Below are positions 1 through 8,496 of a stretch of 63,469 bases of DNA, in pieces (within the stretch, counting starts at the first letter, position 1; the number at the start of each line of letters is the position of its first letter). The stretch is from a virus. The notes under the pieces are model-generated. The model made no database searches. It had not been told where the DNA came from and saw only the letters and a list, made by a program, of their open reading frames with translations. Both the position numbers and the translations under genes were made by a program. Where the stretch lies: the IMG/VR virus record IMGVR_UViG_3300045988_132430, positions 1 through 63,469 of that record. One strand, given 5' to 3'.

Positions 1-49
1 TTGTCGGGGCGACGGGATTCGAACCCACGACCCCCTGCTCCCAAAGCAG
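1..49 (-). repeat. attL: duplicated 3' 49 nt of tRNA-Pro(UGG); not followed by the rest of a tRNA
   Basis: Exact copy of 63421-63469. The reverse complement shows anticodon arm CTGC/TTTGGGA/GCAG (anticodon UGG), T-loop GGTTCGAATCC, and acceptor CGCCCCG plus A. Confidence 0.9.
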
Positions 50-96
50 TGTAAAGATGTTCGCAACTTATTGATAATCAGTAATTTTATGAATTA

Positions 97-130
97 CTTA
101 TCCGTGCGTCACGGATTCCTCACGGATAAG
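97..130. promoter_or_regulatory. Putative integrase arm-type or accessory binding sites (CACGGAT motif, three copies including an inverted pair)
   Basis: CTTATCCGTG at 97-106 and CACGGATAAG at 121-130 form a 10-bp inverted repeat, with an extra CACGGAT at 110-116. The same heptamer recurs at 63289-63295 beside the integrase start. Confidence 0.35.
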
Positions 131-164
131 CCCAATTTTAACACTCTTGAAACTGCATTCTTTG

Positions 165-172
165 CAAAGATA
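165..172 (-). promoter_or_regulatory. Outward-facing Bacteroidota-type -7 box (TATCTTTG on the minus strand)
   Basis: The minus strand reads GGTATCTTTGCAAAG just downstream of the last prophage ORF and points toward attL and host DNA. Confidence 0.3.
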
Positions 173-177
173 CCAAT

Positions 178-531
178 TTATTTTAAACTCTGCATATAGA
201 GCCAAATCTTATTGCATGGTGCATCTTCATCCTCAAAGAAGAATGCGTGAGCCGTTTCTATGATTAGTTCGGTCGTAAGCGTTTTATTCAGGTCTGCGTA
301 AGCAGCATTGAACGCTACATACTTGTCGTAATCGGTTACACATTTCTTAAACTGCAAATCTTTTGTAGATTCAAGTACTTGTGCCAACGACCAGTGTGCC
401 CCATAGTGCTCTACACCATCTTTGGTGGTGTAGTATATACTCTTGACCGCTTCTTCTGCACTCTCTTTGTCAAAGTGTCTGCATTTGCCTTCTCCTTTGC
501 AAAATACCATATATAACCTTGCCATAATCAT
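178..531 (-). CDS. Hypothetical protein (terminal post-lysis module)
   Basis: 117-aa ORF whose start overlaps the stop of the upstream ORF by 1 nt. No motif recognised. Confidence 0.6.
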   Translation of the reverse strand: MIMARLYMVFCKGEGKCRHFDKESAEEAVKSIYYTTKDGVEHYGAHWSLAQVLESTKDLQFKKCVTDYDKYVAFNAAYADLNKTLTTELIIETAHAFFFEDEDAPCNKIWLYMQSLK

Positions 532-1010
532 TATTTCTTAAATTCGTTTACAAAATCGCGAAGAATTGCACCAAGGTTCTTAACCTCATTCTCAATTCCT
601 TCAATACGTTTGTCTTGGGCACGCTTTTCAGCAAACACTGGATTTAGTTCTTCAAGAAGTTGACTACAATTTGTAACCACCTGCTTATGCCGTTCAACTT
701 GCGAAAGTGCATCTTCACTTGCTGTCTTTATAGCTTCAACCTCTCTCAATATTCCGTCTTTGTCAGTTGACAAGACGAGTAGACCAGCATACGTTATTGT
801 TGCAGTTTCAGGTATAGTGTAGGTTTTGGTTGCGCCATTGGCTTCAATAGTTATGTCTACAACAAGCCCTGTTGGCTGTGCTCCGAATGCTTTTGGCTGA
901 TTATCGTAACGAGGAACTGCAACACTTACAACCTTACCTTGATAATACTTTACATCTTCTTTGTCAAGAAAATATATCGGATAACCTTGTTTTATGTCTT
1001 TGAATAGCAT
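531..1010 (-). CDS. Hypothetical protein (terminal post-lysis module)
   Basis: 159-aa ORF with a beta-rich N-terminal part and a helical C-terminal part. No motif recognised. Confidence 0.6.
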   Translation of the reverse strand: MLFKDIKQGYPIYFLDKEDVKYYQGKVVSVAVPRYDNQPKAFGAQPTGLVVDITIEANGATKTYTIPETATITYAGLLVLSTDKDGILREVEAIKTASEDALSQVERHKQVVTNCSQLLEELNPVFAEKRAQDKRIEGIENEVKNLGAILRDFVNEFKK

Positions 1011-1026
1011 AGTTCTTAATTATTAA

Positions 1027-1054
1027 GGAGTGCTACCCACAAGAATAGCACTCC
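1027..1054 (-). terminator. Intergenic 9-bp hairpin (GGAGTGCTA/TAGCACTCC)
   Basis: Perfect stem with a 10-nt loop between two minus-strand ORFs. No clear T-run follows. Confidence 0.3.
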
Positions 1055-1151
1055 ATGGTTACTTACTCCCACGTGACTTTTTAGACCTTTTTATTGGCGT
1101 CAATAAATTGGTCTGAAATTCTTCGGGCTTTGCTACATAGGTTTTACCGCT

Positions 1152-1982
1152 TCAAGTGGTTGCAGTTGTTGTCTTACCAAGTGCTGCAATCAAGGCAGCT
1201 GTCTGGCTTTGTTGTGACAATTCCAAACGTGCATCTTGATACTTGCGGTCTATGTCAGCATACCAATGGTTGTTCAAGGCATCAATTATACGCTGTGTGT
1301 TGTCTTGACCTGCGCGTATAACATCGCACTTATCCTGCGACATCTGATAGCCAACCGAGCTAAATCCGCGCTCCACCGATGAGTTAACAAAATTCAGGTT
1401 CTGTTGCAAAGCGTTGGTCTGACCTTGAATAGCTATTTGATTTTCATAGCCCATCTTCAAGATACTCTGCTGAGTATTGCAGCAGCAATTCTGAATAGCT
1501 TGAACAATGCTTGCATCTCCTCTTTCGGCTGCATTGATTACACGCTCTGCGGAGAAACCTACTTGACCTGCTACTTGTTCGACTGCCGAACGTACTGCGC
1601 AGACTCCTTGCTGCAACTGATTAAAGTCGCAATTAAGGTTTGCGCCAAGTGTGGTTAACGCATCGTTATTACCCTTGATAGCTTGCATCAGAAGGTCGGA
1701 ATTGTGATTGTCCGAGAGTTGCGTTCTAAGGCTCTGAATCTGTCCTTGAATTTCTGCATCCTGAACTGCATTTCCTCGGTTGCCCCATCCGCCAAAACCT
1801 CCATTACCGAACAAGGCAAGGAACATGATGTAAGCGAATGGATTGTTCATCCATTGATTACCCATACCTCCGTTCATCATTGCAGCCATCGCCATTGGGT
1901 CGTTGTTCTTGTTCGCCATTGCTGCATAAGCAAGCGCATCATTACCTCTGTCGCAACAGATTACTTTTTCAACTTCACTCAT
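1152..1982 (-). CDS. Hypothetical protein, Gly/Asn/Gln-rich with one hydrophobic segment
   Basis: 276-aa ORF. The N-terminal low-complexity region contains FAYIMFLALFGNGGFGGWG, followed by Gln/Asn-rich helical sequence and an NCCCN motif. Confidence 0.6.
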   Translation of the reverse strand: MSEVEKVICCDRGNDALAYAAMANKNNDPMAMAAMMNGGMGNQWMNNPFAYIMFLALFGNGGFGGWGNRGNAVQDAEIQGQIQSLRTQLSDNHNSDLLMQAIKGNNDALTTLGANLNCDFNQLQQGVCAVRSAVEQVAGQVGFSAERVINAAERGDASIVQAIQNCCCNTQQSILKMGYENQIAIQGQTNALQQNLNFVNSSVERGFSSVGYQMSQDKCDVIRAGQDNTQRIIDALNNHWYADIDRKYQDARLELSQQSQTAALIAALGKTTTATT

Positions 1983-2059
1983 GATAATATCATTTTTTGT
2001 TGTCGAGAAATATCTCCCGATGGCGCAAAGATGATGAATATTTGTTTGTAAGATATTTG

Positions 2060-2380
2060 TTACTTTTGTATGTTACATGTTAGTTCCTTAACTTGCTTCC
2101 AGATTTCATCTTTTAAAATCTTTGCAGCAAGACCGCTTAATCTGTATTTTGCGCTGTTCTTTAATGAGTTGATACGCTGTTGGCTCATACCACTTAATCT
2201 TACAATATCGTTTTCTGTTAAGCCTAATTTAATCAATGTTTCAACTATTACGACACGTGTTATAACACAATTTTCAGCACGACTATTTGCAAGCTGTTCA
2301 AGGGTCAATTCACTTTCGTGCATTGCACTCTCTAATACCTTGTTGTATATTTCTTTAAGTCTTTTCATTGTGGTAATCAT
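2060..2380 (-). CDS. Putative small HTH DNA-binding protein
   Basis: 106-aa ORF with an HTH-like segment LTENDIVRLSGMSQQRINSLKN. It is the first gene after the lysis-cassette terminator. Confidence 0.45.
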   Translation of the reverse strand: MITTMKRLKEIYNKVLESAMHESELTLEQLANSRAENCVITRVVIVETLIKLGLTENDIVRLSGMSQQRINSLKNSAKYRLSGLAAKILKDEIWKQVKELTCNIQK

Positions 2381-2386
2381 TATTGT

Positions 2387-2436
2387 TCATAAACACAAAA
2401 CAAGAGGGGAGCACCTCGCTTGATGTTCCCTCTTGT
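2387..2436 (-). terminator. Rho-independent terminator ending the lysis cassette
   Basis: 9-bp stem ACAAGAGGG/CCCTCTTGT (2400-2408 and 2428-2436), followed on the minus strand by TTTTGTGTTT. Confidence 0.65.
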
Positions 2437-2458
2437 AATAACAAAACAACAATAATAA

Positions 2459-2950
2459 TTACTTTCTTTTCTTGTAGATATTATGGTATATAATCATCAC
2501 GATTGATACCAGAACTGCGAATAGCACGTAGCTAAATAAGGATTGTAACCTGCTGGACGAGTGCTTCTCGATTTTTGTTTCTACATCCTTTGATTTAACC
2601 TTGTGCTCCTTTTTGACTTTGTTGTTTACTCTATTGGATATATGGTGTGCATCCGACAGAGCATTCTTGTTATGGTATACGTTTTTGTTATGTGTTACGT
2701 AAGTACCAATTACCTTACCTAACGTATCTACAATCACGTACTTTTCAGTCCGTTCTACAACACTATCAGTTGTTTCCATTTTGGAAACAACCTTTATTGT
2801 ATCACGAACAATCACGCTGTCAGTCTTGACTATTACAACACTATCCGTACTGCGCTCTACGCTTTGAATTGTCTTTCTCGCACAACTCTGCATAAAGACT
2901 GCGCAGATAATGAGTAGTAAACTGCAATATATTAGCTTAAACATTCTCAT
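2459..2950 (-). CDS. Putative unimolecular spanin (N-terminal lipoprotein signal plus C-terminal transmembrane helix)
   Basis: From Met18 of the tracked ORF: MRMFKLIYCSLLLIICAVFMQSC (signal with Cys) and a C-terminal LFSYVLFAVLVSIVMIIY segment. It lies directly downstream of the endolysin. An alternative start is at 3001. Confidence 0.4.
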   Translation of the reverse strand: MRMFKLIYCSLLLIICAVFMQSCARKTIQSVERSTDSVVIVKTDSVIVRDTIKVVSKMETTDSVVERTEKYVIVDTLGKVIGTYVTHNKNVYHNKNALSDAHHISNRVNNKVKKEHKVKSKDVETKIEKHSSSRLQSLFSYVLFAVLVSIVMIIYHNIYKKRK

Positions 2951-3365
2951 ACTCTTTCGTTGCGTTAAAGCATGGGCAAGCTTTGCCCTTGTTGAAATCA
3001 TGGTGTCCCACCACCCGAGCCTTCGGGTACTTTTTCTTCAGTCGTCTTATCAACGAAAGCAATGCTGCCTTCTGCTGTGTAGTGCGCGTGTCTTTTGGAG
3101 CGCGTCCATCAACTGTAAGACCGCCAATATAGCACACACCAAGGCTCATGCGATTCAAGCCAGCGCAGTGTGCGCCTACTTTGTCTTCTGGTCTGCCGAT
3201 TTCCACTTTTCCGTCCAAGTCTACTACATAGTGATAGCCGATTCCGTCCCAGCCTTGTTCGCGATGCCATCGGTCTATATCCTTTGCACTAAACTGCTTA
3301 CCCTCAGCCGTAGCCGAGCAATGTACAATGATATACTTTACCTTTTCTGCTAATAACTTTGCCAT
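2937..3365 (-). CDS. Endolysin, N-acetylmuramoyl-L-alanine amidase (Amidase_2/PGRP, T7-lysozyme-like)
   Basis: Motifs IIVHCSAT, WHREQGWDGIGYHYVV and GAHCAG..NRMSLGVCYIGG, in a lysis-cassette position. Confidence 0.85.
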   Translation of the reverse strand: MAKLLAEKVKYIIVHCSATAEGKQFSAKDIDRWHREQGWDGIGYHYVVDLDGKVEIGRPEDKVGAHCAGLNRMSLGVCYIGGLTVDGRAPKDTRTTQQKAALLSLIRRLKKKYPKARVVGHHDFNKGKACPCFNATKEYENV

Positions 3366-3423
3366 AATCTTTATTTGTTTTTAAGTTAGACTTTCATTGA
3401 TATTCCAAGAACAAAATATCTCT

Positions 3424-3431
3424 CAAAATTA
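3424..3431 (-). promoter_or_regulatory. -7 box TAATTTTG upstream of the endolysin gene
   Basis: The minus strand reads CGTATAATTTTGAGAG about 60 nt upstream of the ATG at 3365. Confidence 0.3.
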
Positions 3432-3512
3432 TACGATAATAAAAAGATATTTGTACCTTTGTTGCGTGATGAGTGATTAGTTTATATTCTGAATATTGTT
3501 GTTTTGGACGTG

Positions 3513-4028
3513 CTATTTTATAGTACGTCTTTTTTCGTCTAAGACTTCTTCTACAGCTTCTCCTACATCTGTATTCTTTCGTTTCAGGTAAGCAATAAAT
3601 AGCCGTTTTATGGACAATCGTTTTTTAATATTATGTATATCGCACACATGTCCATAGATGCTGTCTATCTCAATAAACAAGGCTGCAGCTGCACCGATAG
3701 CACCACCAGTCGTGTCTGAACCTAAACCAAATGGCTCTAACGTAGCCTTAGCAAGTAGTAGCCCGAAGATGATAAAGTTAATGTATTCAAGAAATTTGCA
3801 AATCGTTCTCCGCAAAGCTCGCGACAAACGAAAATCTTCCTTGCGTACCTTAACACTCGCTGTTAATCCGCTCCAAAAGTCAGTAAAGACCATAACAATG
3901 ATAAACAGAACTGCCCACCTTAAATCAAATAAGACTTGCAGTAACTCTGTGTAGAATGTTCCGCCTATTACCGCTCCACTCGCAGTCAACACTGGGTTCG
4001 CCCCACTCGTCGATACCGTCTTAATCAT
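3513..4028 (-). CDS. Putative holin (phage_holin_4-like)
   Basis: 171 aa with several hydrophobic helices, the pattern FTDFWSGLTASVKVRKEDFRLSRALRRTICK, and a charged C-terminus. It is adjacent to the endolysin. Confidence 0.55.
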   Translation of the reverse strand: MIKTVSTSGANPVLTASGAVIGGTFYTELLQVLFDLRWAVLFIIVMVFTDFWSGLTASVKVRKEDFRLSRALRRTICKFLEYINFIIFGLLLAKATLEPFGLGSDTTGGAIGAAAALFIEIDSIYGHVCDIHNIKKRLSIKRLFIAYLKRKNTDVGEAVEEVLDEKRRTIK

Positions 4029-4044
4029 ACCTTTCCTTTCTCTT

Positions 4045-5487
4045 TTACTTTATTTTAGCTTCTAATGCTTTAATTCTATCCTCAAGTTTTTTTAATTGCT
4101 TATCTAACGGGCAGTACCACCGACCAAATCCTTTCATGTTTGGAATAACTAAATCTGGGTCTTCACTATTATATGAATATTGAAAACCTGCAGTACAAAC
4201 ATATTCCTTAGGAAATCCTAAATCGTGATTGTGAGCATCACTAAATGTTCCATCGGTGTTCAACTCATAGTTGGTATAAAATTTTAAATGGACGGTGTGC
4301 CCCATACTGTCAGAAATTGCCGACAATGTACCTACAACAACATCCTTTGTACCGCGTTTTGTAATTACTAAATATAATGGAGCTGCTTTTAATACCTTGT
4401 CAATATCAATCACACCTTGTGCGTTATTACGGAACCAATGAGATTGTATTTCATCAAGATTGATTGTTGGCACAGATAACTTGTCAAGCTTAACTTTATC
4501 AGCAGCCGTCATTATACCAGCTTTAGTACTTGTTGCCTTAGAAATTGGTGTATCATATCTTCCACCATTTGAAAAATTTAGATAACGTAAATTGACATAT
4601 TCTTCTGTACTTTTATCTTCTTCAATGAATCTGAATTTTTCTCCACAATCTTTCATTCGTTGTCCCCATTGCCATGGTAAAAGTCCATCTTGATAACATG
4701 CACCATTATCACTACCCATATAAGGTATCATAAACTGTAATGTTTGATGCGATTCATTATCATGTTCATAATGTGTATTATTTTCAGCGCCCCATTTTTT
4801 CCAACGGACATATATTCTACCATCTTCTGAATAAATCCACCAATTACATGATGCAACACAATTCTTATCGTTGGTTATACCATTAGAATATATATAATTC
4901 TTATTACTTCCTGAAGCCGAACTCTGCACAGTTGGAACTTCGCTCTTTAAATCATCAAGAATGGTTTTCCAATTACTCCATGTCGCATCTACGCAAGTGC
5001 GATAAGCAATAGTAACACCTTTTTCAATATTAAGCGAAATTTGATTACTTGTCACCATAAGACAACCTTCAACCCAAATTGCAGATTTCTTACTTGCAGC
5101 ATGAAGTACAACAAACGTTACAAAAAGAGGTACACCGCCCACAATAGCCAAGTAACGTCCGCTTTTTAATTCCTTTTTATTCGTTCCTTTATAGTTAAGC
5201 CCGTTCAAGAAAGCATTAAATTCTGGCATTGTGAACTCGCCAGCCGTTGCGAACTCGCCAGCCGTTGCGAACTCATTCAACGAGCCAATAAACCATGTTT
5301 TCAGTGTTTCGAGATAAGATTTATCTTCTACGCCCATTATACCAGCTTGTGAGGTCGTAGCTTTTGGTAAATCCATTGTCTGTATTCTGAATGTTTCGCC
5401 ATTTCGCGAGACTATAATGCCATCAATAGCAAGACCTTTTGTTTGGTTAATTCGTGAGAGAACCTCACTCAATTTGATTGTTTCCAT
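4045..5487 (-). CDS. Tail fiber / receptor-binding protein
   Basis: 480 aa. Fiber-type motif occurs twice (TSQAGIMGVEDKSYLETL and STKAGIMTAADKVKLDKL), with a tandem ATAGEF repeat and a C-terminal coiled coil. It follows the Tal-like gene. Confidence 0.65.
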   Translation of the reverse strand: METIKLSEVLSRINQTKGLAIDGIIVSRNGETFRIQTMDLPKATTSQAGIMGVEDKSYLETLKTWFIGSLNEFATAGEFATAGEFTMPEFNAFLNGLNYKGTNKKELKSGRYLAIVGGVPLFVTFVVLHAASKKSAIWVEGCLMVTSNQISLNIEKGVTIAYRTCVDATWSNWKTILDDLKSEVPTVQSSASGSNKNYIYSNGITNDKNCVASCNWWIYSEDGRIYVRWKKWGAENNTHYEHDNESHQTLQFMIPYMGSDNGACYQDGLLPWQWGQRMKDCGEKFRFIEEDKSTEEYVNLRYLNFSNGGRYDTPISKATSTKAGIMTAADKVKLDKLSVPTINLDEIQSHWFRNNAQGVIDIDKVLKAAPLYLVITKRGTKDVVVGTLSAISDSMGHTVHLKFYTNYELNTDGTFSDAHNHDLGFPKEYVCTAGFQYSYNSEDPDLVIPNMKGFGRWYCPLDKQLKKLEDRIKALEAKIK

Positions 5488-5489
5488 CG

Positions 5490-8066
5490 TTACTTTGTTT
5501 TTAATTGTTTGATAGATTTTTCCAGGCTTGAGAACTTAGAATATATTGCTTTTTCGCCCACCATATAGACTGGGCTATCATAAGGTATATCCATCTTTCG
5601 CTCGTAGCCTATAATACGGCTGTCACGATAGCCTTTTTCGAAGAATGCAGCATTCCATAGCTTTACGCGTTGACCGATTTTAAAGATATTCTTGTTGCTT
5701 TCGTCAAGACCTGAAGCACTTTCGTCTGTTCGTATCGCAATCCCTCTTTCATCAGTCAGCACAACACCATTATCATCAGTCACAAGCGTTTCTTTAGCAA
5801 GTCCGTATGTGTAATCTGAGAACATTGTGCATTCGTATGTAGTAGGGTCAATATTCATCTTGTCAATCTCGAATCTTGTCCTTTCTGCCAATTTTCCTTC
5901 CGCTTTTTCTATGAGCTTAAGGTCTTCTATTCTTGAAGCGTCCCACCCAATCAAGATGAACTTATCGTCTAATTTTGGGTGCATCGCGTCACTTGGCAAG
6001 TAGATACCCCCATCGAATTGTTGACGCACAATCTGGAAGTATTGTTGTGGTGGTTCTTCTTGGTTGAATATTGCTTTTGGATGGAATATTGCTTCAAAGG
6101 TCAGCCCTGATAAAGCACCCGTTTGGAATTTGATTTCCAACTTATCTGCTGTATCGAGCTTGTAATCCTCATCAAACGTAAAGTCGTCAGTATGTATGTA
6201 GTATTCAGTATACTTAATATCGGTCTTTTCGTCACCTTCGTAGACATACTGCGGCTTTGGTTCTATCTTCGTGATAAAGCTTTCTATACGAGGATATATA
6301 TCATCAAAGACCAAGACTTTCTCGACAATGCTGTTGAAAGGAACATTGCTCGCTTCGACATAATAGGGGGCTGGAAGAGATAAACGTCTTTCCGCTATTG
6401 CTTTAATGCTTTTTGCGTTCTGAATATCCGTTTCGCTTTCAAAGTACCACGATGGCAACTTGCTTTCTATGATGTTTTTAATCGTGACCTTTCGACCCTT
6501 TAAAAGAATACTTTCTCCTTTAAAAAATTTGATATAGTTTGTGCCATAATCAGGAAATAGTTCTGCTGATGTTATTAACTCCGCCTCAACTGTGTCTGTT
6601 GGGGATTCTTCATATCCAGTATCAAATTGAACGACAACTCTTGTAAGAACCTCTTTTGAATTTCTGAAATAAGACAAAGTATCAGCAAATCCACCAGCAG
6701 GATAACCAATACCAAAATCTATTGTACCATTAACAGATGTGCTTGTAAAAGTTACCCCAACCAATATCTTAATGCTAATATTTTGTTCTTGAGTTAACTT
6801 GAATTTTTGAAACGTAACATCACCAAGATATTTAGAACCTTGGTTATTAGTTCTATTTACAGATATTTCAGTTGTAAACTTTTCAGAAGAAGTTATAACA
6901 TTTTCAACTTGTACATCTTTCCCGACATTAAAAGTCCGCTCAGAACCATCCTTATCACCACAAAGAATAACAAATGCAGTTATCGTATAAAAAGTAGACC
7001 CATCATTTAAAAAGTTTCTAAAAGAATAATTTATACAGACACCAAAATCTGTTGATTTAACATTATTGTTTAAATAGAATTTAGTGTCTTTATATTCACC
7101 AGAACCTAATACGATTGAAGATGTTTCAACCACATTAGTATTACAAATAACACCACTTACTCCAGCAGGTACTAATGTGTCTATAGTTCCTTTATTCAGA
7201 TTGAATGTCGGGTCTGAGTTATCAAGTCTATCGCTTTTATTGAAAAAGTTCGAATACAGAGGTTTGTCAGTTTTCAGATAGCCGTAAATATCCTTGAATT
7301 GCGGATTACTATCCATAGTAAACACTGCGTCACCCTTGCCGTAGTTCTTGGGCAAGTTCTTGTCCGAACCAAATGCGTAAACTCGCGTAGCATAATCTGT
7401 TTCAGATTTAGAACCACTCATCGAAACAACATTTTCACCCAACTTAAAATCAGTCGCTTCACCTGCATCTTGGCACTTACCGAAGCGGATAAAATTACCG
7501 TCAACCCACCATTCTGCATCCCATTCGTCTGCAATCTGGTTTAATGCTTCAATGAAGTTAACCGATGAATAAGTCATGGTCTTGACTTCTTTGTAATAAT
7601 CTTCATCAGGCACATCGCTGACGAACCCATTACCATTATAGCTGAAACCTTCCTTATTAAGGCATCTAACGAAGGTGTTGACTTGGTTTTCAAGATTTGC
7701 AGTTAGGCTAAATTCCGCTTCTCTTGTACCATTATCTTTATCATTCTTTTTATCAACATCTGGCGAGTACTTGTAGATTTTCATCTGCCATGCTCGGTAG
7801 TATGCTTCAAATTTAAGCACGTAGTTATAGCCCCCCGTACGTTCATCGTATGAAGGCTGCTGTGCTTCGATTATATAGTACTTCTTATCATTCCACGTAG
7901 TGTATGACCCAATCGGGAAATAGATTGGGTCTACACTATTGAAATGCAGTTCTATGTAATCTTCTTTCATAAGAGTAAACTTCTCGATACACCCTTCATA
8001 AATGTTGAGCATTTCGTAAAGCACATTTTCGTCTGATGTGTTTCCTGATGGGTCATATATTTTCAT
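5490..8066 (-). CDS. Tail-associated / baseplate protein (Tal-like minor structural protein)
   Basis: 858 aa, positioned immediately after the Dit-like gene and TMP, with overlapping start and stop codons. Confidence 0.6.
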   Translation of the reverse strand: MKIYDPSGNTSDENVLYEMLNIYEGCIEKFTLMKEDYIELHFNSVDPIYFPIGSYTTWNDKKYYIIEAQQPSYDERTGGYNYVLKFEAYYRAWQMKIYKYSPDVDKKNDKDNGTREAEFSLTANLENQVNTFVRCLNKEGFSYNGNGFVSDVPDEDYYKEVKTMTYSSVNFIEALNQIADEWDAEWWVDGNFIRFGKCQDAGEATDFKLGENVVSMSGSKSETDYATRVYAFGSDKNLPKNYGKGDAVFTMDSNPQFKDIYGYLKTDKPLYSNFFNKSDRLDNSDPTFNLNKGTIDTLVPAGVSGVICNTNVVETSSIVLGSGEYKDTKFYLNNNVKSTDFGVCINYSFRNFLNDGSTFYTITAFVILCGDKDGSERTFNVGKDVQVENVITSSEKFTTEISVNRTNNQGSKYLGDVTFQKFKLTQEQNISIKILVGVTFTSTSVNGTIDFGIGYPAGGFADTLSYFRNSKEVLTRVVVQFDTGYEESPTDTVEAELITSAELFPDYGTNYIKFFKGESILLKGRKVTIKNIIESKLPSWYFESETDIQNAKSIKAIAERRLSLPAPYYVEASNVPFNSIVEKVLVFDDIYPRIESFITKIEPKPQYVYEGDEKTDIKYTEYYIHTDDFTFDEDYKLDTADKLEIKFQTGALSGLTFEAIFHPKAIFNQEEPPQQYFQIVRQQFDGGIYLPSDAMHPKLDDKFILIGWDASRIEDLKLIEKAEGKLAERTRFEIDKMNIDPTTYECTMFSDYTYGLAKETLVTDDNGVVLTDERGIAIRTDESASGLDESNKNIFKIGQRVKLWNAAFFEKGYRDSRIIGYERKMDIPYDSPVYMVGEKAIYSKFSSLEKSIKQLKTK

Positions 8067-8491
8067 ACTGTGAATCTGTTTATCGGATTTGGCTCATAGA
8101 ACTTGAACTTGGCGATTCTTAAGAGTCTACCATCGTGCAGTTTATAATCTGTTGCATCAGTCACTTCGCGCAATATAAGTTTGAAGCCACATTTTAATTT
8201 CGGCACACTGAAATCAATATATCCAGCAGCATCCTCAGATAACGCGTTAAAATTGTATATCAGACTTTCGTAGTCACTTCCTTCTACGGCAATCTGAATT
8301 GTGAACTCGCGAGATTTTACATTGGGATATTGGCTCGGAACAACTCTATCGCCATCTTCTAAGCGACTTGTGTTAGAAACATAGTCCTTAAAGGCGAGAG
8401 CTCCCGTGAGCGTTTGGTATGCACCTTTAACGAGGTTAGCCCTATACTCGCTCCATATATCCTTGCCATTGATTTTTGCTTGTCCTATCAT
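8063..8491 (-). CDS. Distal tail protein (Dit-like)
   Basis: 142 aa, directly downstream of the tape measure gene with a 4-nt overlap with the next gene. The call is by synteny. Confidence 0.5.
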   Translation of the reverse strand: MIGQAKINGKDIWSEYRANLVKGAYQTLTGALAFKDYVSNTSRLEDGDRVVPSQYPNVKSREFTIQIAVEGSDYESLIYNFNALSEDAAGYIDFSVPKLKCGFKLILREVTDATDYKLHDGRLLRIAKFKFYEPNPINRFTV

Positions 8492-8496
8492 ATCGC

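Noticed and set aside
4045-8066. A diversity-generating retroelement targeting the fibre or Tal genes.
   Set aside because: There is no reverse transcriptase ORF anywhere in the window, and I saw no template/variable repeat pair. The fibre repeats are short in-frame duplications.
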